From the IMG/VR virus record IMGVR_UViG_3300031993_000003: a stretch of DNA of 64,000 nt. The stretch is one strand, 5' to 3'. Numbering within the stretch: position 1 is the first letter of the stretch; each line of letters begins with the position of its first letter. Positions 37,919 through 46,928 of this stretch are shown in pieces. Source of the DNA: a virus. Made by a program: the position numbers and the translations under genes. The notes beneath the pieces are model-generated. The model was not told the origin of the DNA. It did no database searches and saw only the letters and a program-made list of their open reading frames with translations.

Positions 37919-38315
37919 GGCTATATACTGTGCGATGGTTATTTCGTTCCTGCGGAGGTTGAAAAGCAAGGTCCTTGTGCCTGCCGGTAGCAGCCGGGTG
38001 AAGGCCAGGGTTGGAGACCGGCCATGCGAGTGCGCGATGTTCCTGTACAAGGCCAGTACGATTAACTACCGGATAGGCGGCAAGTTCATTGTGGGTGGCA
38101 GGGCGTCATGGGATGTCAACGATAGACTGCTTGAGAAGTACGGGAAGGTGGCCAGGTCATTCGGATACAATATTGGATTCTATATTGCGAGTAAGGACGA
38201 TGTCATAAGCGGTTATCCCGTGGAATTTACATCGCAGAATATGATGAACTTCCTTCACCAGGCATACGACTATGTACTGAAGATATTGCCGGAAGGATGC
38301 AAGAGGATTGCTTGA
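37911..38315 (+). CDS. AxY-RR leader family protein; paralog of 33537
   Basis: MRRAIYCAMVISFLRRLKSKVLVPAG; shared ECAM.LY...GG.F.VGGRAS. Confidence 0.8.
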   Translation: MRRAIYCAMVISFLRRLKSKVLVPAGSSRVKARVGDRPCECAMFLYKASTINYRIGGKFIVGGRASWDVNDRLLEKYGKVARSFGYNIGFYIASKDDVISGYPVEFTSQNMMNFLHQAYDYVLKILPEGCKRIA

Positions 38316-38317
38316 CG

Positions 38318-38689
38318 ATGAAGAACGCAGTGTACTTTGCGATATTTCTATATTTCCTCCGGAAGGTGATGTGGCGGCTCCTCCCGGTGGCATCAGGTAC
38401 TCCCTGGGTGGTGCTATGGCTGTTGAGGTACGAGGACGAGCCAGGGTCCACCAGGGACAGGTACGTCAGGGTATACGAGGGGCATTCGGCGGTTGCCGCC
38501 GGGTGGGCCCGGGATACTATGATTCTTAATGATTGGAACAGGGAGTTCATAGTGCTGTGCCGTAAGGGACAGCAGAGGGACATCAGGATACTCGACCTGC
38601 AGGATGACTTCAGCGAGATATACGACCTGATGGACGAATTCAGCGCTGACGAGCTCCGAGACATAGCGCAGAAGGCGAGGTCGATATGA
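38318..38689 (+). CDS. AxY-RR leader family protein
   Basis: MKNAVYFAIFLYFLRKVMWRLLP. Confidence 0.8.
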   Translation: MKNAVYFAIFLYFLRKVMWRLLPVASGTPWVVLWLLRYEDEPGSTRDRYVRVYEGHSAVAAGWARDTMILNDWNREFIVLCRKGQQRDIRILDLQDDFSEIYDLMDEFSADELRDIAQKARSI

Positions 38690-39123
38690 GGAAGGCTATA
38701 TACTTGTCGCTGTTGCTGCGGTTCGCCCGCAGGGTCATCCGGAAGGCTAGCCCGGGCAATAAGGAAGCCAAACCAGTTTCTCCCGGTGACATCCCGCTGC
38801 CTGCATCGGGGACATACGGGCTGTTCCTGGTGGACCACTGCGAGAGTCCGGTATATTACCTGTATGGCAACAAGTTCAAGGTTCCTGACGACGAGAATTC
38901 CAGGATGACACTATATGTGCTGATGCGGCTGATAAAGGGAAAGTACTGTTCCGAAAGGACGCATGTTGGGTTCAGCGTAGAGATACTGCCTTCGGATGGG
39001 CCGGAGGACTACGTGGGGATGTATCCGGCCTGGACTCAGCACTATGAACAGCACGACAAGGTGATGACCGAGGCATACGGTCATGTAATGGACACAATTC
39101 CACCGGAGTGGTTCCTTGACTAG
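38686..39123 (+). CDS. AxY-RR leader family protein
   Basis: MRKAIYLSLLLRFARRVIRKASP. Confidence 0.8.
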   Translation: MRKAIYLSLLLRFARRVIRKASPGNKEAKPVSPGDIPLPASGTYGLFLVDHCESPVYYLYGNKFKVPDDENSRMTLYVLMRLIKGKYCSERTHVGFSVEILPSDGPEDYVGMYPAWTQHYEQHDKVMTEAYGHVMDTIPPEWFLD

Positions 39124-39541
39124 GGCGGTGTACATCGCAATATTCATAGGTTTCATCCGGAGGTTGCTGCGGAAGGTACTGGTGCCTACCGGTAGCTCTC
39201 CGGTGGACCCGTTCAGTCCGGGAGGGAAGACCTACAGCATGTACATGATAGATACGGACCTGCACGAGGTCTACTTCAAGTATGGCTGGGAGTTTTACAT
39301 TCCGGTAGACAGCGCGTCGGTACGACGCTTTATCGAACTGAGACAACGGTTCGAACAAAGGTACACCGGAACGGAAACCGGGATGCCGTTCGGCATTCTA
39401 CTTCTTAGTTCTTCCGTTTCGGATACGAGGTGGACAAGCTATCCCAGGTACATGGACTACCGTAGTGTACTTGAGCATGCCTGGGCTGACCTCACGAGCA
39501 TCATGCCGGGAGAGTGGTTGAGGTTCCCGAATGACAGGTAG
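39116..39541 (+). CDS. AxY-RR leader family protein
   Basis: MTRAVYIAIFIGFIRRLLRKVLVPTG (TTG start). Confidence 0.75.
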   Translation: MTRAVYIAIFIGFIRRLLRKVLVPTGSSPVDPFSPGGKTYSMYMIDTDLHEVYFKYGWEFYIPVDSASVRRFIELRQRFEQRYTGTETGMPFGILLLSSSVSDTRWTSYPRYMDYRSVLEHAWADLTSIMPGEWLRFPNDR

Positions 39542-39914
39542 GGCGGTATATATAGCAATTATTATTGGTTTCTTCCGGAGGCTGCTGCGGAAGGTTATGG
39601 TGCCTGCCGGGAAGCACCGGGCGTTCGCCCTGTATATAGTGGTATACGGAGATTACTACGCAGTTCCAGGTACAGTGCGTGATATGACCGACGGCCTGGC
39701 GTGCCTGGTAAGCGGGGCGGTAATCGATGCGTGGGGGGACTGCTGCGACAAGGCAATTCCATCCATGCGCCTGCAGGTACTCCCGATAGGAAGGCACTAC
39801 CGGCCGCTATGCGAGCTGGAGGACCGGCTCGATGATGCCGAGAAAGCGAGCCTGCGCTGCATAGTCAACGGTGCGCGTGCCACATATAACGACGTGTGGA
39901 GGTGGAACAAATGA
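39531..39914 (+). CDS. AxY-RR leader family protein
   Basis: MTGRAVYIAIIIGFFRRLLRKVMVPAG. Confidence 0.8.
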   Translation: MTGRAVYIAIIIGFFRRLLRKVMVPAGKHRAFALYIVVYGDYYAVPGTVRDMTDGLACLVSGAVIDAWGDCCDKAIPSMRLQVLPIGRHYRPLCELEDRLDDAEKASLRCIVNGARATYNDVWRWNK

Positions 39915-40192
39915 AGAATGCGGTGTACTTCGCCATATTCCTGCATTTTGCAAGGAATACAATACGGAAGATTTCCGATAGCAAGTATGCCAGGCCGGTC
40001 CGTACGTGCTTCCGCATGGAAGAAAACGGTGTCAAGATATACTGGGACATGTATGCTGACAAGTCATACGGTGTGTCCATGGCGAGGCGTTACATGTATA
40101 CAGATGACAACAAGGGAAACCTGAAGTCGCCGTATGACATAGTGAAGGACCTCGTGAAAAATAAATACCCTAGCATAATGGAGAGGAAATGA
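39911..40192 (+). CDS. AxY-RR leader family protein
   Basis: MKNAVYFAIFLHFARNTIRKIS. Confidence 0.8.
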   Translation: MKNAVYFAIFLHFARNTIRKISDSKYARPVRTCFRMEENGVKIYWDMYADKSYGVSMARRYMYTDDNKGNLKSPYDIVKDLVKNKYPSIMERK

Positions 40193-40599
40193 GGAACGCG
40201 TGCTACTTTGCCTTGATACTATGGTTCCTCCGGAAGATTATGAGAAGGATAATCCCCTCCGGCGGACAGAGGTACTGCTGCCTGGTTGAACTGACGTCAG
40301 GCGATATATACTGCTTCGCGTCTTACGGGAGCATACTGAAGTGCCAGGAGGCAACCATGATGCTCCGGGATGCGATAGATAATGAAGGCAAGCATGGGTT
40401 CGTCATTGCATATGGCAGGAAGGACAACGACCGTCCCCCGGTAGGCATCAAGGTGACTTCCCGGGAAATCCATAACATATGGAACGAGAACGACGAGCGG
40501 GTTAAGATGGGGAGGGCCCACTTCCCTACGACATTCGAACTGATTAGACGGGTTTCCAGGAGCCTGTGCCAGGACGTAGATACCTGCCGGTGCCAATAG
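40189..40599 (+). CDS. AxY-RR leader family protein
   Basis: MRNACYFALILWFLRKIMRRIIPSG. Confidence 0.8.
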   Translation: MRNACYFALILWFLRKIMRRIIPSGGQRYCCLVELTSGDIYCFASYGSILKCQEATMMLRDAIDNEGKHGFVIAYGRKDNDRPPVGIKVTSREIHNIWNENDERVKMGRAHFPTTFELIRRVSRSLCQDVDTCRCQ

Positions 40600-40607
40600 G
40601 AGTTTAA

Positions 40608-42110
40608 ATGGGTAAGCCAGTAATAAGGAAGCATCCGACCCTGGACATAGAGGTGTCTAGCGACGGACTGGTCAGAGTAAGCGATGAATCCGGGTGGATT
40701 CCGGGGGTGAAGGATGGTGGCAAGCTCAGTGTACGAATCGGAAGCCATCGGTATAGTATACACCGGCTTGTCGCGGAGACGTTCATGCCGAACCCGAAGA
40801 ACTTGCCGAACGTTCTCCATGTTGACGGGGACTTCAGGAACAACAGGGTGGAGAACCTGAAGTACGGTGTGCGCGGAGGACTGGAGGCCAGAAGACTTGA
40901 CATAGCTACTGCATTGGCCATAGCAAGCAGGTATGACAAGGTGGTCGACCTTGTGAAGAACGACGCGTCCGTATACGATGTACTGTGGAAGAACGGGCTA
41001 GTCGACAAGGTGTTTCCAAACCGGGTCAAGAAGATGACCCTGGAGGAATGCAAGAAGCGTGCTGCCGAATGCAATACGCTGGTAGAGTTCCGTCGGAAGT
41101 ATCCGAATACGTACATGAAGTGCAAGAAGGATAATACAATATGGGAGCTCGGGTTTCCCGATACGGCAGATGTCCTGCTGAACTCCCGGGAACTGCGTAT
41201 TTCTGACGAGAAGATATGGGAGGCAGCCCAGCAGTTCAGTACTATAAACGACTTCCGTACGAAGAATCCGAAGATGTATGACCGCGCAGTGCGGCATGGC
41301 CTTATAGGAAAGATGACGTTCCTATCACGGAACAAGCATCTGGACAAGGATAGGTACCGTGATTCAGTATACGTATACGAGTTCCCGTCGCATAATACCG
41401 CATACGTTGGCCGTACCGTATCGATATGCCAGAGGGACTCGGCCCATCGCATGTGTGGAGACAAGGTGCGCGACTATGCGGACTCTATCGGTGAGCCGGT
41501 TCCCAAGGTCAAGATACTGCATTCCGGCCTGAATCCGGAGGATGGTGCCTATATAGAGATTAGCGAGATTGCCCATTACCGGGATGCTGGATGGGTTATG
41601 CTCAACGAGAAGTCCGGGGGAGGGCTTGGTGGACTTGAACGGATTACGAAGGCGGACTGCTTCAGGATAGCACGGCAGTTCACTGACTACACGGAGTTCC
41701 GAAAGCAGTATCCGTATATCGTAGACAAGATGCGCAGGAATGGCTGGATAGGAGAATGCGACTGGCTGAAACGTCGTAGGAGGCCGGCAGGTACTTGGAT
41801 GGACAAGGAGAACTGCAGAATAGAGGCGGCCAAGTTCAGTACCCGTAACGAGATGCGCATGCACAGCAGGGTAGCGTACGAGGTATGCAAGCGAAATGGT
41901 TGGGACGTAGATTTTTTCGACGAGCCTCCACGGCCAACTGCAAGGAAGGTAGTCAGGCTCTCCCGGACAGGAAAGGTATACCGCCGGTATAATTCACTGA
42001 AGGAGGCAGCCGAGGCAGCCGGGACATTCCCGCAGACTGTAAGCGCTATATGCCGTAAGGTGATGAAGTCGTGGAAGGGGATAGTGTTCCGCTACGCGGA
42101 CGAAGTCTAG
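40608..42110 (+). CDS. Homing-endonuclease-like protein: HNH + GIY-YIG + NUMOD1-like
   Basis: HRLVAETF...HVDGDFRNNRVENL; VYVYEF...AYVGRT...RDSAH...E...LN; YNSLKEAAEAAG. Confidence 0.85.
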   Translation: MGKPVIRKHPTLDIEVSSDGLVRVSDESGWIPGVKDGGKLSVRIGSHRYSIHRLVAETFMPNPKNLPNVLHVDGDFRNNRVENLKYGVRGGLEARRLDIATALAIASRYDKVVDLVKNDASVYDVLWKNGLVDKVFPNRVKKMTLEECKKRAAECNTLVEFRRKYPNTYMKCKKDNTIWELGFPDTADVLLNSRELRISDEKIWEAAQQFSTINDFRTKNPKMYDRAVRHGLIGKMTFLSRNKHLDKDRYRDSVYVYEFPSHNTAYVGRTVSICQRDSAHRMCGDKVRDYADSIGEPVPKVKILHSGLNPEDGAYIEISEIAHYRDAGWVMLNEKSGGGLGGLERITKADCFRIARQFTDYTEFRKQYPYIVDKMRRNGWIGECDWLKRRRRPAGTWMDKENCRIEAAKFSTRNEMRMHSRVAYEVCKRNGWDVDFFDEPPRPTARKVVRLSRTGKVYRRYNSLKEAAEAAGTFPQTVSAICRKVMKSWKGIVFRYADEV

Positions 42111-42232
42111 ATATGCAGGAATAGCAGGGCAAGCCCGCTGATTATGGCGATTAGGAGTACTGCAAGGGCGAGGAAACCGAACCCTGCGGCTATCCATTCT
42201 ACAATTTCGCGTATCTTGCTATTGGTGCTCAT
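42107..42232 (-). CDS. Small single-TM protein (41 aa)
   Basis: MSTNSKIREIVEWIAAGFGFLALAVLLIAIISGLALLFLHI; TAAACT 7 nt upstream. Confidence 0.55.
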   Translation of the reverse strand: MSTNSKIREIVEWIAAGFGFLALAVLLIAIISGLALLFLHI

Positions 42233-42250
42233 ACCGGAAAGTTTATGCAC

Positions 42251-42625
42251 TTACGGCTGGGTGGTGGACGCTGTCTGGCTCTCGTTGGCGGACAGGACCA
42301 GTGCCCTGAGGAGAACTGTGGTGTTCCTGTCCATTGTATCGGCGTCGAATATGGAATTTGCCTTTCCATGGAAGTTTGACAGTAGTATGACGAGCTCGCG
42401 GGGATTCTTGGCGTATACGGGCTGGTTCAGTACGGCCTTCGCCTTCCTTGCGAACTTCATTGCCTTCCCCTCGCTGTGGAAACGTCCGAGTATGTACGCG
42501 GTGCCTTCGTAGCCGAGTACGACGGTATACTCCCCGGGGCCGCCGGGAGAGAGCTTCCGGTAGGTCCTGCGGAGGAACCGGAGAAAAAGCGTTGCGTAGA
42601 AGGCGTCGTATGCTGTAGGTATCAT
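42251..42625 (-). CDS. AxY-RR leader family protein
   Basis: MIPTAYDAFYATLFLRFLRRTYRKLSP. Confidence 0.75.
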   Translation of the reverse strand: MIPTAYDAFYATLFLRFLRRTYRKLSPGGPGEYTVVLGYEGTAYILGRFHSEGKAMKFARKAKAVLNQPVYAKNPRELVILLSNFHGKANSIFDADTMDRNTTVLLRALVLSANESQTASTTQP

Positions 42626-42999
42626 AATGTGGTGCTCCTCAAGTCCTGGCCTGCCGCCTGGCACATCTTCCTGATTTCCGGGGTGTCAGGCGGCATGCTG
42701 AATTTGCCTGCACACTCGAAAATGGAAAGGAACTGTGCGTCGCGGTACTTATGCCGGTACTGCTCGACGGTAAGCCCGCTGCCCATGCGGTATCCGGTAA
42801 GCTTGACTATCTTCTGGCAGAGCTGTGTTGCCCTGTCCTGCGAGATGAAGGTCCCGCACACGTAATGTTCCCCGTAAGGTATTGCCACTATGTATTTCTG
42901 CGATATGTCGACGGATGTGTCGGGAACCGCCTGGCGGAATATTTTCCGGAGGGCGGCGATGAATATGGACAGGTAGAACGCGTTGAATATGGTTTTCAT
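42622..42999 (-). CDS. AxY-RR leader family protein
   Basis: MKTIFNAFYLSIFIAALRKIFRQAVP. Confidence 0.8.
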   Translation of the reverse strand: MKTIFNAFYLSIFIAALRKIFRQAVPDTSVDISQKYIVAIPYGEHYVCGTFISQDRATQLCQKIVKLTGYRMGSGLTVEQYRHKYRDAQFLSIFECAGKFSMPPDTPEIRKMCQAAGQDLRSTTL

Positions 43000-43001
43000 C
43001 G

Positions 43002-43376
43002 TTAATTCTCGGCCTCGTATTCATGGACGAACGCCCGTATGATTGTGCGCTTGCTGAGGGACAGGTAATCCCTGGTCTTGTCGTCATCGAATATGGAGCT
43101 GCTGCTACCGCTGCATTTCTGTGCGACGTAGCCTTGGATTTCCCTGGCCTGTACGATTTGGCAGATGTACCCGCTTTCAGCTTCTACGGTTCGCTTTGCC
43201 CTTTCTGCCACGGATAGCGAACGGTATCTTCCTGCGATGATGCAGTGCTCGCAGAAAGGAATGACGACGTGATAGTCATTCATTGATGCGGGGTGTATGG
43301 TGAACCGGTCGACAATCTTGCGGACTGCCGCTATGAACAGGGATAGGTAGAACGCCTTGTAGATTTTATTGAACAT
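43002..43376 (-). CDS. AxY-RR leader family protein
   Basis: MFNKIYKAFYLSLFIAAVRKIVDR. Confidence 0.8.
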   Translation of the reverse strand: MFNKIYKAFYLSLFIAAVRKIVDRFTIHPASMNDYHVVIPFCEHCIIAGRYRSLSVAERAKRTVEAESGYICQIVQAREIQGYVAQKCSGSSSSIFDDDKTRDYLSLSKRTIIRAFVHEYEAEN

Positions 43377-43439
43377 TGACACCACAAATATAGCAAAAAG
43401 TTTTCGAAAAATTGCTATATTTGGTGAAAAGAGGACAAT

Positions 43440-44507
43440 ATGGAAGATTGCAAGTCCACATTCGACATAAAGATTGAAAAGTTCCTTGATACCGCCAAGT
43501 ACGGGTACGAGGTTATCGACGGTATTACCGGCAAGACCATGAGGCTCAACAGCGTGCATGCGGAGCACGCGGAACACAACGAGCTGACCGTCTCCGACCT
43601 TCATCAGATGGCGGGCAGTGTGCATTGGTGTGCAACTGTATCCCTGGATGATATAACTGAAGGCCGCATGTGCTATGACCGTGGGGAATCTATGACTGAC
43701 AGCATGCTTGAGGACGACCCCCTGTTCATCCGAATCATGGACATGATAAGGTACAATATCGTCGAGCCGAAGGAAGTACTGCAGCACGTTCAGCACTTTC
43801 TCGGGTCCCTGGGAACTCCCGGGGAGGACTGGGAGTTCAGCACCGAGGACGTTGCCAGTGCAAGTTTCACTGACATCAGGCGGACAATGGTCAGTGCACC
43901 GAAGTATACCTGGCGACGGCTGGTGGTACACTGGCGGAACGCTCCGGAAGGAAAGCTGTGGTTCGTTCTCTATCCTAGTCGCAAGGGCCGGGCCATAGCC
44001 GCGCTGTGCGACGACACGGCGGGCGAGTTCGTATCGGCAGTGACAGACCTGTTCGCCGTCCTGTCCGAGATGGACGGAATGTGTTACGGGAGCGACGAGT
44101 TCAACAAGAGGCTGTACGACATCAAGGCGTGCATACAGAATATCGCCAAGTTCAAGCTGGACGATGATACCCCGGAGCCTCTCAGCAAGCTCCCGGGAGA
44201 AAAGGTGGAAGGAATGGGGATTCTCGACGATTCTATTCTGGATATGATGGTGGACGGCTCGCTCATACCGATTGTGCCGCCGAAACGGACGGAGTACGGA
44301 GCCATTTCTGCACTTTACGACGTCTCCAATACGCATACCGGTTGGGACTGCCTCAAAATTCTCTCGTTCGATAATGCGGGTGAAATTGAATGGACCATGA
44401 ACTTCGCGGGGCCGGAAGGAAAGGACATTCACCGGACATACGTATTCGACAAGAAGAGCTCGAAGAAACTCTACCGTACGATGTCCCTGCTAGTGGAGGC
44501 TAAGTGA
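43440..44507 (+). CDS. Hypothetical protein
   Basis: 355-aa ORF, GAGGA RBS after promoter. Confidence 0.8.
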   Translation: MEDCKSTFDIKIEKFLDTAKYGYEVIDGITGKTMRLNSVHAEHAEHNELTVSDLHQMAGSVHWCATVSLDDITEGRMCYDRGESMTDSMLEDDPLFIRIMDMIRYNIVEPKEVLQHVQHFLGSLGTPGEDWEFSTEDVASASFTDIRRTMVSAPKYTWRRLVVHWRNAPEGKLWFVLYPSRKGRAIAALCDDTAGEFVSAVTDLFAVLSEMDGMCYGSDEFNKRLYDIKACIQNIAKFKLDDDTPEPLSKLPGEKVEGMGILDDSILDMMVDGSLIPIVPPKRTEYGAISALYDVSNTHTGWDCLKILSFDNAGEIEWTMNFAGPEGKDIHRTYVFDKKSSKKLYRTMSLLVEAK

Positions 44508-44881
44508 TTTTCAAGGCGGCATACCTTGCGATATTCCTTCATTTTCTTCGCCGGATAATGGCCAAGATGCTAGTTACCCCCGATGACGACCGGGCGGTGT
44601 GCTACGATGCCGGAAGCGGGACCATAGTGGTTCTTGGTAGGGCACGGGTAGGCGCCGAGCCTGGAAAGCGTGGCGTATTCAAGCTGTACACCAGTGGAGA
44701 ACTTAGCAGGAGCGGCAGGAATGTCGACACGGCAGCAGCTGTCCTGCAGGGTATGAGAATGGAGCCTCCCGGATTGGACCGGGAGAAACTGTACAGTCTG
44801 TACCAAGCCATGTGCGTGAAGTACAACCGGCAGGAATGGTGCAACGACTTTGTATATGAAGTATATTCGAGGAAACGATGA
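44504..44881 (+). CDS. AxY-RR leader family protein
   Basis: MIFKAAYLAIFLHFLRRIMAKMLVTP (GTG start). Confidence 0.8.
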   Translation: MIFKAAYLAIFLHFLRRIMAKMLVTPDDDRAVCYDAGSGTIVVLGRARVGAEPGKRGVFKLYTSGELSRSGRNVDTAAAVLQGMRMEPPGLDREKLYSLYQAMCVKYNRQEWCNDFVYEVYSRKR

Positions 44882-45231
44882 TACAGTCAATTAAGGATTA
44901 CTTCGAGGACCTAATCAATATGAGCACCCCGGATGACTGGGTTCGCCGTGTGCTACTGGTTCTCCTGGTGGCTGGCGGGTGCTTCGGCCTGGTAACCTGC
45001 TGGAACGCCGTGGATATCGGATACAAGGTAGTCGACGTGGATACCGGAGAGTGTATCGACATACCATCCGGTAATTTCTGGTGCTGCCTGAACTGTGGCG
45101 ACCCGGACGACAACAGGTTCGTTTCCGACTATGTATTCCAGAACAGGTCCACCGGAGAACTGCGGAAATATTCCAAGAATTCCCACCTGGTGACTACCAG
45201 GGGAACGAAGCGTGGGAGGTGCCAACAATGA
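44878..45231 (+). CDS. Membrane-anchored hypothetical protein
   Basis: One hydrophobic segment; ATGA coupling. Confidence 0.7.
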   Translation: MIQSIKDYFEDLINMSTPDDWVRRVLLVLLVAGGCFGLVTCWNAVDIGYKVVDVDTGECIDIPSGNFWCCLNCGDPDDNRFVSDYVFQNRSTGELRKYSKNSHLVTTRGTKRGRCQQ

Positions 45232-45662
45232 TATCCGACTTCTTCTACCTGAACAAGCCGAAGGCTACCGAGGACGAGCGCATCGAATACTACCAGAGGC
45301 AGCTCGGGAAGGTCCGGGAGATGCTATCGCAGCATTTCTTCAAGCCGGAGCCGGCATACAAGGAAGCCTACCTCGAGAACACCAGGGTCACCTACATAGC
45401 GACCTCCGGCGAGGAGTGGATTATATACGTGACCACCGACCAGGTCTACATCAATCGCAACCGGTGGGACCGGGAGATTGACCGGTTCCAGCAGGAGAAC
45501 CGCTGCAAGATACCGGAAATTGACTATATTTGTATCCTGATGCGCATGTTCCACGAGTGCGGCATAATGGTGCGCCCGTGCGACGGTACCCTCTGCATAA
45601 CCCTGTACAAGCACTGGCAGGACAAGGACGAATTCGACTACGACGAGGAAGAAGATGAGTAA
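45228..45662 (+). CDS. Hypothetical protein
   Basis: Start MISDFF, ATGA coupling. Confidence 0.75.
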   Translation: MISDFFYLNKPKATEDERIEYYQRQLGKVREMLSQHFFKPEPAYKEAYLENTRVTYIATSGEEWIIYVTTDQVYINRNRWDREIDRFQQENRCKIPEIDYICILMRMFHECGIMVRPCDGTLCITLYKHWQDKDEFDYDEEEDE

Positions 45663-46308
45663 CCAGCCGAAATATCCAATTTCTGACCAGGAGATGCACG
45701 AACTCCTGGTAAAGTACCCGTTCCTCCGGTACCTCCCGGAGGACCTGGATAATCCCGACGACGAGGCCGTGCAGCTATCGGTCAACTACTACAAGATGTG
45801 GGACGGAACCGGATGGGAGGACCTCTGGAAGAACAGGTACCTCCCGAGGCTGTTCCGGCTGTATGACAGTTGGGACGAGGAGAAGCGCAAGAGCTTCCAG
45901 TTCACCGACGTCAAGTCAAAGTTTGGCGAGCTCCGCATCTATACCTCGGTATCCACCGGGGAGGACTCACTGGAGGGCATCGCTGAGAGTCTGTCCGGAT
46001 GGATTTGCGAGCGCTGCGGTGCCGAGCCGAGGAATGCCGGGGGCTACCGGGAGATATGGACCACGAAGGGCTGGATTATGAACCTGTGCCGCCATTGCAT
46101 GTACCGGGAACTACGGGTGCATGGCGGGAAGGACGGAGGTACAATGTCCAAGCAGGACGTGGATGCGGAAATCGACAGGCTGCACCACGTCGCCGAGAAG
46201 GGATTCGGGTATACCCGCTTCAGCCAGAAGGGGACGGTAAACGTAAAGTTCCGGGAGACGCCGGACGGGTGGTTGGCGAGAGATAGAGTGGAGGTAGTGC
46301 ACAAATGA
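45655..46308 (+). CDS. Conserved phage protein with zinc finger
   Basis: GW...DVKSKFGELRIY...SGWICERCG...GWIMNLCRHC. Confidence 0.8.
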   Translation: MSNQPKYPISDQEMHELLVKYPFLRYLPEDLDNPDDEAVQLSVNYYKMWDGTGWEDLWKNRYLPRLFRLYDSWDEEKRKSFQFTDVKSKFGELRIYTSVSTGEDSLEGIAESLSGWICERCGAEPRNAGGYREIWTTKGWIMNLCRHCMYRELRVHGGKDGGTMSKQDVDAEIDRLHHVAEKGFGYTRFSQKGTVNVKFRETPDGWLARDRVEVVHK

Positions 46309-46811
46309 GCATTATTGACAGATTGTGGTCTAGTATTTGCACATGTTATCCTACCGTAGCTATGTACAATGAATGCGTACTCAACGGGTTTACTTACATA
46401 TTCAAGCGTTCAAGTCCAGATGAAATCTCGCTTCAGATTTACTACAAGAACTTGGAAAACGACTTTGGTGTAGTGTTCAAATCGGTGGTCGAAACCAAGG
46501 AGTATTCTCCATGTGTGACCATGAAATACCCACCGAAGGATAAATACGAGTTCATCCATGTTCAGGACCCGTTGGGTCAAATTGGAACATCCTTGCTTGG
46601 CGACTACAAGGATTGGAGTGATGAGGAAATCAATAATTGGGTAAACGGAATGCTTGCGGAGTATGGGAAGCTTGCTTCATGGCGTATATGGGTTTCCTTG
46701 AAGTTCAAGGAACTTGAATCCGCATTGCTTGAACCTGATTGGAACATCGTTGCGGCGATAACCAAAGAAATGAAAGAATATGCATCATTGATTTTTAACC
46801 CTGGTAAGTGA
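46305..46811 (+). CDS. Hypothetical protein (lower GC)
   Basis: ATGA coupling. Confidence 0.7.
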   Translation: MSIIDRLWSSICTCYPTVAMYNECVLNGFTYIFKRSSPDEISLQIYYKNLENDFGVVFKSVVETKEYSPCVTMKYPPKDKYEFIHVQDPLGQIGTSLLGDYKDWSDEEINNWVNGMLAEYGKLASWRIWVSLKFKELESALLEPDWNIVAAITKEMKEYASLIFNPGK

Positions 46812-46928
46812 TATAGTGGAGGTAGTTAAATGAGTATAGGACGCGAATATAATGATTCCTACGGAAGATAGGTGGTTAGATGTGTGCTTAGTGGATAACT
46901 TGACACAAGCGGGATTCGCCAAAGTTGA

